From: the human T2T-CHM13v2.0 reference genome, Homo sapiens
Strand: one strand, 5' to 3'
Length of the DNA stretch: 64,000 nt
NCBI RefSeq assembly: GCF_009914755.1
Contig: NC_060938.1
The stretch's first letter is position 1. Each line of letters begins with the position of its first letter. Below the pieces are notes generated by a model, which saw nothing but the letters and a program-made list of their open reading frames with translations, made no database searches and had not been told where the DNA came from. The translations under genes were made by a program, and so were the position numbers. Below, in pieces: positions 1-10,599 of the stretch.

Positions 1-3000
1 GGCTATGGTGAAAAAGGAAATATGTTGACATAACAACTACACAGAAGCATTCTGAGAAACTTCCTGTGTTGTTCACTTTCAACTAACAGAGTTGAACATT
101 CGTTTTCATAAAGCAGTTTTGAAACACTCTTTTTGTCGAATTTGCAAGTGTATATTTGGACCAATATGAGGACTTCGTTGGAAAAGGGATATCTTCACAA
201 AAACTAGACAGAAGCATTCCCATTAACTTCTTTGTGGAGTGTGGATTCAACTCAAAAGGTTGAACCTTTCTTTTGATAGAGTAGTTTTGAAACACTCTTT
301 TTGTAGAATCTGCAAGTAGACATTTGAAGCACTTTGAAGCCTATGGTGAAAAAGGAAACATCTTCACATTAAAACTACACAGAAGGATTCTCAGAAAATT
401 CTTTGTGATGTTTGCTTTCAACTCACAAGTTGAACATTGCTTTTCATAGAGCAGTTTTGAAACACTCTTTGTAGAATTTGCAATTGAATATTTGGACGGC
501 TTGGAGACCTTCATTGGAAAAGGAATATCTTCACATAAAAACTAGAAAGAGGCATTGCCAGAAACTTCTTTGGGATGTGTGCATTCAACTCAAAGTTTTG
601 AACCTTTCTTTTGATAGAGAAGTTTTGAAACACTCTTTTTTTTAGAATCTGCAAGTGGACATTTGAGTGCTTTGAGGCTAATGGTGAAAAAGGAAATATC
701 TTCACATAAAAACTAGACAGAAGCATTCCCAGAAACTTCTTTGTGCTGTGTGCATTCAACTCACAGAGTTGAACCTTTCTTTTGATAGAGTAGTTTTGAA
801 ACAATCTTTTTGAAATATCTGCAACTGGACATTTGGAGCACTTTGAGGCCTATGGTGAAAAAGGAAATATCTTTACCTAAAAACTACACAGAAGCATTCT
901 CAGAAACTTCTTTGTGTTGGTTGCATTCAACTCACAGAGTTGAACATTCCTTTTCATACAGCAGTTTTGAAGCACTCTTTTTGTAGAATTTACAAGTGGG
1001 TATTTTGACCACTTTGAGGCATTCTTGAGAATTGGGATATCTTCACAAAAACTAGACAGAAGCATCCTCAGAAACTTCTTTGTGATGTGTGCATTCAACT
1101 ATCAGAGTTAAACCGTTCTTCTGATAGTGCAGTTTGGAAACATTCTTTTTGTAGTATCTGCAAGTGGACATTTGGTGCACTTTGAGGCCTGAAGTGACAA
1201 AGGAAATATCTTCACATAAAAACTAGACAGAAGCATTCTCAGAATCTTCCTTGGAATGTATGCATTCAACTCACAGAGTTGAGCCTTTCTTTTGATAGGG
1301 CAATTTTGAAACACATTTTTTGTAGAATCTGCAAGTGGACATTTGGAACGCTTTGAATCCTATGGTGAAAAAGGAAATATCTTCACACAAAAACTACCCA
1401 GAAGCATTCTCAGGAACTTCTTTGTGATGTGTGCATTCAACTCACATAATTGAACATTTCTTTTGATAGAGCAGTTTTGAAACACTCTTTTTGTAGAATC
1501 CGCAAGTGGACGTTTGGAGCTCTTTGATACCTACAGTGAAAAAGGAAATATCTTCACATAAAAACTTCACAGAAGCATTCTCAAAAACATTTTTCAGATG
1601 TGTGCATTCAACTCAGAGAATTCAACTTTTCTTTTCATACAGCAGTTTTGAAACACTTTTTTTGTAGAATCTGAAAGTGGACATTTGGAGCGCTTTGAAG
1701 CCTATGGTGAAAAAGGAAATATCTTCACATAAAAACTAAACAGAAGCATTCTCAGTAACTTCTTTGTGACGTTTGCTTTCAACTCACAGAGTTGAACATT
1801 CCTTTTCATTGAGCAGTTTTGAAACACTCTTTTTGAAGAATTTGCAAGTGGATATTTGGACGGCTTTGAGGCCTTCATTGGAAAAGGAACATCTTCACTT
1901 AAAAACTAGACAGAAGCATTCCCAGAAACTCCTTTGTGATGTGTGCGTTCATCTCAAAGAATTGAACCTTGCTTTTGATAGAGCAGTTTTGAAACATTCC
2001 TTTTGTAGAATCTGCAAGTGGACATTTGGAGCTCCTTGAGGCCTAAGGTGTAAAAGGAACTATCTTCACATAAAAACTAGACAGAAGCATTCTCAGAATC
2101 TTCCTTGTGATGTGTGCATTCAACTCACAGAGTTGAACCTTTCTTTTGATAGAGCAGATTTGAAACACTCTCTTTGTAGAATCTGCAACTGGACATTTGG
2201 AGCCCTTTGGGGCCTATAGTGAAAAACGAAGTATCTTCACATAAAAACTAGACAGAAGCATTCTCACAAACTTCTTTGTGATGTGTGCATTCAACCCACA
2301 GAGTTCAACCTTTCTTTTGATAGAGCAATTTTGAAACACTCTTTTTAAACTATTTGCAAGTGGACAATTGGAGTGCTTTGAAGCCTATGGTGAAAAAGAA
2401 AATATTTTCACATAAAAACTAGGCAGAAGCATTCTCAGAAACTTCTTTGTGATGTGTACATTCACCTCACAGAGTTGAAACTTTCTTTTAATAGAGCAGT
2501 TTTGAAACACTCTTTTTGTAGAATGTGTAAGTGGATATTTGGACCGCTTTGAGGCAGTCATTGGAAAGGGGATACCTTCACATAAAAAGTGGATGGAATA
2601 ATTATCAGAAATTTATTGGTGATGTGTTCGTTCAACTCAGAGTTGAACCTTTCTTTTGATAGAGCAGTTTTGAAACACTCTTTATATAGAATCTGCAAGT
2701 GAACATTTGGTGCTCCTTCAGGCCTATGGTGAAAAAGGAAATATCTTCCCATAAATACTTCACAGAAGCATTCTCAGATAATTTTGTGATGTGTGCATTC
2801 AACTCAGAGAGTTGAAACTTTCTTTTGATAGAGGAGATTTGAAGCACTCTTTTTGGAGAACCTGCAAGTGGACATTTAGGGCACTTTGAAGCCTATGGTG
2901 AAAAACGAAGTATCTTCACATAAAAACTAGACAGAAGCATTCTCAGAAACTTCTTTGTAATGTGTGCATTCAATCCACAGAGTTGAACCTTTCCTTTGAT

Positions 3001-5830
3001 AGAGCAGTTTTGAAACTACCTTTTTGTAGAATCTGCAACTGGACTTTTGGAGGGCTTTGAGGCCAATGGTGAAAAAGGAAATATCTTCACATAAAAACTA
3101 CACAGAAGCATTCTCAGAAACTTCTTTGTGTTGTTTCCTTTCAACTCACAGAGTGGAACACTCCTTTTCATAGAGCAATTTTGAAACACTCTTTTTGTAG
3201 AATTTGCAAGTGGATATTTGGACCGCTTTGAGAACTTCGTTGGAAACGAGATATCTTCAAGAAAACTTGACAGAAACATTCTCAGAAACTTCTTTGTGAT
3301 GTGTGCATTCAATTCTCAGAGTTGAACCTTTCTATTGATAGAGCAGTTTTGAAACACTCTTTTTGTAATATCTGCAATTGGACATTTGTAATGCTTTGAG
3401 GCCTATGGTGAAAAAGGAAATATCTTCACATAAAAACTAGACAGAAGCATTCTCAGAAACTTCTTTGGGATGGATGCACTCAACTCAGAGAGTTGAAGAT
3501 TTTTTTTGATAGAGCAGCTTTGAAACACTTTTTTTGTATAATCTGCAAGTGGATATTTGGAGCGCTTTGTGGCCTGTGGTGAAAAAGGAAACATCTTCAC
3601 CTAAAAACAACACAGCAGTATTCTCAGAAACTTCTTTGTGATGTGTGCACTCAACTCACAAAGTTGAAAATTCCTTTTCATAGAGCAGTTTTGAAACACT
3701 CTTTTTGTAGAATTTGCAAGTGTATAATTGGACCGCTTTGAGGCCTTTGATGGAAAAGGGATATCTTCACAAGAACTAGACAGAAACATTCTCAGAATCT
3801 TCTTTGTGATGTGTGCATTTAACTCACAGAGTTGAACCGTTCTTTTGATAGAGCAGTTTTGATTCACTCTTTTTGTGGAAACTGCAAGTGGACATTTGTA
3901 GCGTTTTGAGGCCTATGGTGAAAAACGAAATACCTTCACATAAAAACAACACAGAAGCATTCTGAGGAACTGCTTTTTGATGTGTACATTCAACTCACAG
4001 AGTTGAACCTTTCTTTGATAGAGCAGTTTTGAAACACTCTTTTTGTAGAATCTGCAAGTGGACATTTGGAGATCTTTGAGGCCTATGGTGGAAAAGGAAA
4101 TATCTTCACAAGAAAACTGGACAGAAGCATTCTCAGAAATTTGTTTGTGATGTTGGCATTCAACTCACGGAGTTGAACATACCTTTTCACAAAGCAGTTT
4201 TGAAATACTCTTTTCGTAGCATCTACAATTGGATATTTGGACTAATTTTAGGCCTTCATTGGAAACGGGAATATCTTCACATAAAAACTAGACCGAAGGA
4301 TTCTCAAAAACTGCTTTGTGATGTGCGTCTTCAACTCACAGAGTTGAAATTTTCTTTTGAGAGAGTAGATTTGAAACACTCTTTTGCAGAATCTGTAAGT
4401 GGACATTCGGAAAGCTTTGAGGCCTACATTGGAAAAGGAAATATCTTCACATAAAAACTAGACAGAAGCATTCTCAGAAACTTCTTTGTGATATTTTCAC
4501 TCAACTCACAGAGTTGAACATATCTTTTCATAGAGCAGTTTTGAAACACTCTTTTTGTAGAATCTGCAAGTGGATATTTGGACTGCCTTGAGGATTTCAT
4601 TGGAAACGGGAATATCTTCACTTAAAAATGAGACAGAAGCATTCTCAGAAACTTATTTGTGATGTGTGCATTCCACTCACAGAGTTGAACCTTTCTTTTG
4701 GTAGAGAAGTTTTGAAACACCCTTTTAGTAGAATCTGCAAGTGGACATTTGGAAAGATTTGAGGCCTAAGGTGGAAAAGGAAATGTTTTCACATAAAAGC
4801 TAGACAGAAGCATTCTTAGAAACCTCTTTGTGATGTTTACATTCAACACAAAGAGTTGAACATACGTTGTCGTATCTCAGATTTGAAACACTCTTTTCGT
4901 GGAATCTGCAAGTGTATATTTGGACAGCTTTGAGGCCTTCGATGGAAATGGGAATATCTTCACATAAAAACTAGACATAAGCATTCTCAGAAACTTCTTT
5001 GTGATGTGCGCATTCAACTCACAGAGTTGAAAGTACCTTATCATAGAGCAGATTTGAGACATTCTTTTCGTAGAATCTGCAAATGGATATTTGGACTGCT
5101 TTAAGGCCTTGGTTGGAAAAGGGAATATCTTCACATAAAAATTAGACAGGAGGATTCTCAGAAACTTCTTTGTGATGGTTGCATTCAACTCACAGAATTA
5201 AACACACCTTTTCATAGAGAAGTTTCGAAACACACTTTTCGTAGAATCTGCAAATGGATATGTGGACGGCTTTGAGGCCTTCGTTGGAAATGGGAAAATC
5301 TTCACATAAAAACGAAACAGAAGCATTTTCAGAACGTTCTTTGTGATGTTTGCATTCAACCAACACAGAGATGAACATAACATTTCATAGAGCAGTTTTG
5401 AAACACCCTTTTCGTTTAATCTGCAATTGGATATTTGGACTACTTTAAGGACTACGTTGGAAACGGGAATATCTTCATATAAAAACTAGATAGAAGCATT
5501 CTCAGAAAAAACTTTTTGATGTGGGCATTCAACTCAGAGATTTGAACCTTTCTTTTGATAGAGCAGTTTTGAAGCACTCACTTTGTACAATCTGCAAGTG
5601 GACATTTGGACAGCTTTGAGGCCTACAGTGGAAAAGGAAATATCCTCACATAAAAACTAGATAGAAAAATTCTCAGAAACTCCTTTGTGATGTTTGCATT
5701 CAACTAAGAGAGGTGAACATAACTTTACATAGAGCAGTTTTGAAACACTCTTTTCGTAGAATCTGCAAGTGTATATTTGGACTGCTTTGAGGCCTTCGCT
5801 GTAAATGAGAATATCTTCACAAAAAAACGA
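1..5830 (+). repeat. Divergent monomeric-style alpha satellite flank (mixed A/B-type monomers, no clean HOR period, no intact CENP-B box)
   Basis: Monomers carry many private substitutions and no multi-monomer block recurs at high identity. B-type sites are at irregular spacing (~173, 511, 1022, 1875, 2558, 3236, 3746, 4255, 4596, 4938, 5108, 5279, 5452, 5794) and none matches TTCGnnnnAnnCGGG. Confidence 0.85.
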
Positions 5831-7670
5831 GACAGAAGCATTCTCAGCAACTAATTTGTGATGATTGCATTCAACTCACAGTGTTAACCTTTATTTTCAT
5901 AGAACAGTTTTGAAACACTGTTTTTGTAGCATCTGCAAGTGGTCATTTGGAGAGCTTTGAGGCCTATGGTGGAAAAGGAAATATCTCCACATAAAAACTG
6001 GACAGAAGCATTCTCAGAATCTCCTCTGTGATGTTTGCATTGAACTCACAGAGTTGAACATACCTTTTCATAGAGCAGTTTTGAAACACTCTTTTCGTAG
6101 AATCCACAAGTGGATATTTGGACTGATTTGAGGCCTTTGTTGGAAACGGGAATACCTTCACATAAAATCTAGAAAGAAGAATTCTCAGAAACTTCTTTCT
6201 GATATGTGCATTCAACTCAGAGAGTTGAACTTTTCTTTTGATAGAGCAGTTTTGAAACAGACTTTTTGTAGAATCTGCAAGTGGACATTTGGGAAGCTTT
6301 GAGGCCTATGGTGGAAAATGATATACCTTCACATAAAAAGAAGACAGAAGCATTTTCAGAAACTTCTTGTGATGTTTGCATTCAAGTCACAGAGATGAAA
6401 TACCTTTTCATAGCGCAGTTTTGAAAAACTCTTTCCGTAGTATCTGCAAGGGGATATTTGGACTGCTTTGAGGCCTTCAGTGGAAACAGAAATATCTTAA
6501 CATAAAAATTAGACAGAAGCATTCTCAGAAACTTCTTTGTGATGAGGCCATTCAACTCACAGAGCTGAACCACTCTTTTGAAGGAGCAGTTTGAAACATT
6601 CTTTTTGTAGAATCTGCAAGTGCAAAGCCAAGAGAGCTTTGAGGCCTACAGTGGAAAAGGAAATATCTTCACATAAAAACTGAACAGAAGCATTCTCAAA
6701 AACATCTTTGTGATATTTGCATTCAACTCACAGAGTTGAAAATAACTTTTCGTAGAGCAGTTTTGAAACACTCTTTTTGTAGAATCTGCAAGAGGATATT
6801 TGGACTGCTTTAAGGACCTCGTTGGAAACGGGAATATCTTCACATAAAAACTAGAGAGAAGCATTCTCAGAAACACCTTTGTGATGTGGGCATTCAACTC
6901 AGAGAGTTGAACCTTTCTTTTGATAGAGCTGTTTTGAAACACTGTTTTTATAGAATCTGCAAGTGGACATTTGGAGACTTTTGAAGCATATGGTGGAAAT
7001 GGAAATACCTTCCCATGAAAACTAGACAGAAACATTCTCAGTACCTAATTTGTTATGTTTGCATTCAACTCACAGAGACGGACATACCTTTTCATAGAGC
7101 AGTTTTGGAAAACTCTTTTGGTAGAATATGCAAATGGATAATTGGAATGCTTTCAGGCCTTCGTTGGAAATGTGAATATCTACAAATAAAAACTAGACAA
7201 AAGCATTCTCAGAAACTTCTTTGTGATGTGGGCATTCAACTCACAGACTTGAACCTTTCTTTTCATAGAGCAGTCTTGAAACACTCTTTTTGAAGAATCT
7301 GCAAGTGGACATTTGGAGAGCTTTGAGGCCTATGGTGAGAAAGAAAATATCTTCACATAAAAACCAGACAGAAGCATTCTGAGAAACTTCTTTGTGCTGT
7401 TTGCATTCAACTCACAAAGTTGAAAATACCTTTTCATAGAGGAGTTTTGAAACACTCTTTTCGTAGAATCTGCAAGTGGATATTTGGACTGCTTTTAGGT
7501 TTTCTTTGGAAACAGGAATATCTTTACATAAATCTAGACAGATGCATTCTCAGAAAGTTCTTTGTGATGTGTGCATTCAACTCACAGATTTGAACATACC
7601 TTGTCATAGAGCAGTTTTGAAACACTCGTTTCGTAGAATCTGCAAGTGGATATTTGGACTGCTTTGAGGC

Positions 7671-7687
7671 CTTCGTCGGAAACGGGA
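7671..7687 (+). promoter_or_regulatory. CENP-B box, intact core (monomer m11; variant CTTCGTCGGAAACGGGA)
   Basis: Matches the established essential core nTTCGnnnnAnnCGGGn. The equivalent site recurs in each HOR copy (e.g. 11258, 22171, 38401). Confidence 0.88.
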
Positions 7688-7842
7688 ATATCTTCACATA
7701 AGAACTAGACAGAAGAATTCTGGGAAATTCCTTTGTGATGTGTGCATTCAACTCACAGAGTTGAACCTTTCTGTTGATAGAGCAGTTTGGAAACACTCTT
7801 TTCGCAAAATCTGCAAAGTGGATATTTGTACTGCTTAGAGGC

Positions 7843-7859
7843 CTTCGTTGGAAACGGGA
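7843..7859 (+). promoter_or_regulatory. CENP-B box, canonical (monomer m12; CTTCGTTGGAAACGGGA)
   Basis: Exact match to the canonical 17-bp CENP-B box. The equivalent site recurs in each HOR copy (e.g. 11430, 22343, 26101). Confidence 0.95.
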
Positions 7860-8912
7860 ATATCTTCACATAAAAACTAGACAGAAGCATTCTCAGAAAC
7901 TTCTTTGTGATCTGCACATTCAACACAAAGAGTTGAATCTTCCTTTTGATAGAGCAGTTTTTAAACACTCTTTTTGTAGAATCTGCAAGTGGACATTTGG
8001 AAAGCTTTGAGGCCTGTGGTGGAAAAGGAAATACCTTCACATAAAAACCAGATGGAAGCATTCTCAGAAAATTCTTTGTATTGTTTGCATTCAACCCACA
8101 GAGTTGAACATACCTTTTCACAGAGCAGTTTTGAAACACTCTTTTTGTAGAATCTGCAAGTGGATATATTGAGTGCTTTGAGGCCTTCTTTGTAAACGGG
8201 AATATCTTCACATAAAAACTAGAGAGAAGCATTCTCAGAGCCTTCTTTGTGATGTGTGCATTCAACTCACAGAGCTGAACCTTTCTTTTGATAGAGCTGT
8301 TTGAAGCACTGTTTTTTTAGAATCTGCATGTGGAAATTTTCAGAGCTTCGAAGCCTGTGGTGGAGAAGGAAATATCTTCACATAAAAACTAGACAGAAGC
8401 ATTCTCAGAAACTTGTTTGTGACGTTTGCATTCAACTCACAGAGTTGAACATACCTTTTCATAGAGCAGTTTTGAAACACTCTTTTCGTAGGATCTGCAA
8501 GTGGATATTTGGACTGCTTTGAGGCCTTCGTTGGAAAGAGGAATATCTTCACATAAAAACTAGACGGAAGCATTCTCAGAAACTTCTTTGTGATGTGTGA
8601 ATTCAACTCACAGAGTTGAAGCTTTCTATTGATAGAGCAGTTTTGAAAAACCGTTTTTGTAGAATCTGCCAGTGGTCATTTGGAGAGCTTTGAGGCCTAC
8701 GGTGGAAAAGGAAATATCTTTACATAAAAACCAGACACAAAGATTCTCAGAAACTTCTTTGTGACGTTTGCATTCAACTCACAGAGTTGAACACACCTTT
8801 TCATAGAGCAGTTTTGAAGCAGTCTTTTCGTAGAATCTGCAAGTGTATATTTGGAATGCTTTGAGGCCTTCATTGTAAACGAGAATATCTTCACATAAAA
8901 ACGAGACAGAAG

Positions 8913-9934
8913 CATTCTCAGCAACTACTTTGTGATGATTGCATTCAACTCACTGTGTTGACCTTTATTTTGATAGGGCAGTTTGGAAACACTGTTTTTG
9001 TAGCATCTGCAAGTGGTCATTTGGAGAGCTTTGAGGCCTATGGTGGAAAAGGAAATATCTTCACATAAAATCAGGACAGAAGCATTTTCAGAATCTCCGC
9101 TGTGATGTTTCCATTGAACTCACAGAGTTGAACGTCCCTTTTCATAGAGCAGTTTTGAAACACTCTTCGTAGAATCTGCCAGTGGATATTTGGACTGATT
9201 TGAGGCCTTTGTTGGACACGGGAATATATTCATATAAAAACTAGAAAGAAGAATTCTCAGAAACTTCTTTGTGATGTGTGCATTCAACTCAGAGAGTTGA
9301 ACTTTTCTTTTGATAGAGCAGTTTTGAAACAGACTTTTTGCAGAATCTGCAAGTGGACATTTGGGAAGCTTTGAGGCCTATGGTGGAAAATGATATACCT
9401 TCACATAAAAACCAGACAGAAGCATTTTCAGAAACTTCTTTGCGATGTTTGCATTCAACTCACAGTGCTAACCTTTATTTTCATAGAACAGTTTTGAAAC
9501 ACTGTTTTTGTAGCATCTGCAAGTGGTCATTTGGAGAGCTTTGAGGCCTATGGTGGAAAAGGAAATATCTCCACATAAAAACTGGACAGAAGCATTCTCA
9601 GAATCTCCTCTGTGATGTTTGCATTCAACTCACAGAGTTGAACATACCTTTTCATAGAGCAGTTTTGAAACACTCTTTTCGTAGAATCCACAAGTGGATA
9701 TTTGGACTGATTTGAGGCCTTTGTTGGAAACGGGAATACCTTCACATAAAATCTAGAAAGAAGAATTCTCAGAAACTTCTTTGTGATATGTGCATTAAAC
9801 TCAGAGAGTTGAACTTTTCATTTGATAGAGCAGTTTTGAAACAGACTTTTTGTAGAATCTGCAAGTGGACATTTGGGAAGCTTTGAGGCCTATGGTGGAA
9901 AATGATATACCTGCACATAAAAAGAAGACAGAAG
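8913..9934 (+). repeat. Internal tandem duplication of three monomers within the HOR (m19-m21 similar to m1-m3)
   Basis: Both ~510-bp halves share rare variants: CCTTTATTTT, TAGCATCTGCAAGTGGTCATTT, GAATCTCC, GGACTGATTTGAGGCCTTTG, TAGAAAGAAGAATTC, AAACAGACTTTT, GGGAAGCTT, GAAAATGATATACC. Confidence 0.92.
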
Positions 9935-10599
9935 CATTTTCAGAAACTTCTTTGTGATGTTTGCATTCAAGTCACAGAGATGAAATACCTTTTCATAGCG
10001 CAGTTTTGAAAACCTCTTTTCGTAGTATCTGCAAGGGGATATTTGGACTGCTTTGAGGCCTTCAGTGGAAACAGAAATATCTTAACATAAAAATTAGACA
10101 GAAGCATTCTCAGAAACTTCTTTGTGATGAGGCCATTCAACTCACAGAGCTGAACCACTCTTTTGAAGGAGCAGTTTGAAACATTCTTTTTGTAGAATCT
10201 GCAAGTGCAAAGCCAAGAGAGCTTTGAGGCCTACAGTGGAAAAGGAAATATCTTCACATAAAAACTGGACAGAAGCATTCTCAAAAACATCTTTGTGATA
10301 TTTGCATTCAACTCACAGAGTTGAAAATAACTTTTCGTAGAGCAGTTTTGAAACACTCTTTTTGTAGAATCTGCAAGAGGATATTTGGACTGCTTTAAGG
10401 ACCTCGTTGGAAACGGGAATATCTTCACATAAAAACTAGACAGAAGCATTCTCAGAAACACCTTTGTGATGTGGGCATTCAACTCAGAGAGTTGAACCTT
10501 TCTTTTGATAGAGCAGTTTTGAAACACTGTTTTTATAGAATCTGCAAGTGGACATTTGGAGACTTTTGAAGCATATGGTGGAAATGGAAATACCTTCCC

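Larger units (their letters stand above)
7015..10599 (+). repeat. Canonical 21-mer HOR period (first complete copy)
   Basis: Marker-to-marker distance is 3,585 bp, with 21 distinguishable monomers. Confidence 0.92.

Noticed and set aside
2210-3930. Possible decayed 4-monomer period in the flank (GTGAAAAACGAAGTATC at ~2219 and ~2898)
   Set aside because: The match is not sustained in neighbouring monomers or over further periods, so it is too weak to call an HOR by eye.
6817-6833. CENP-B-box-like site in m6 (CCTCGTTGGAAACGGGA) and similar sites in m2, m8, m14, m16
   Set aside because: Each lacks at least one essential core base of TTCGnnnnAnnCGGG, so they were not called functional boxes.
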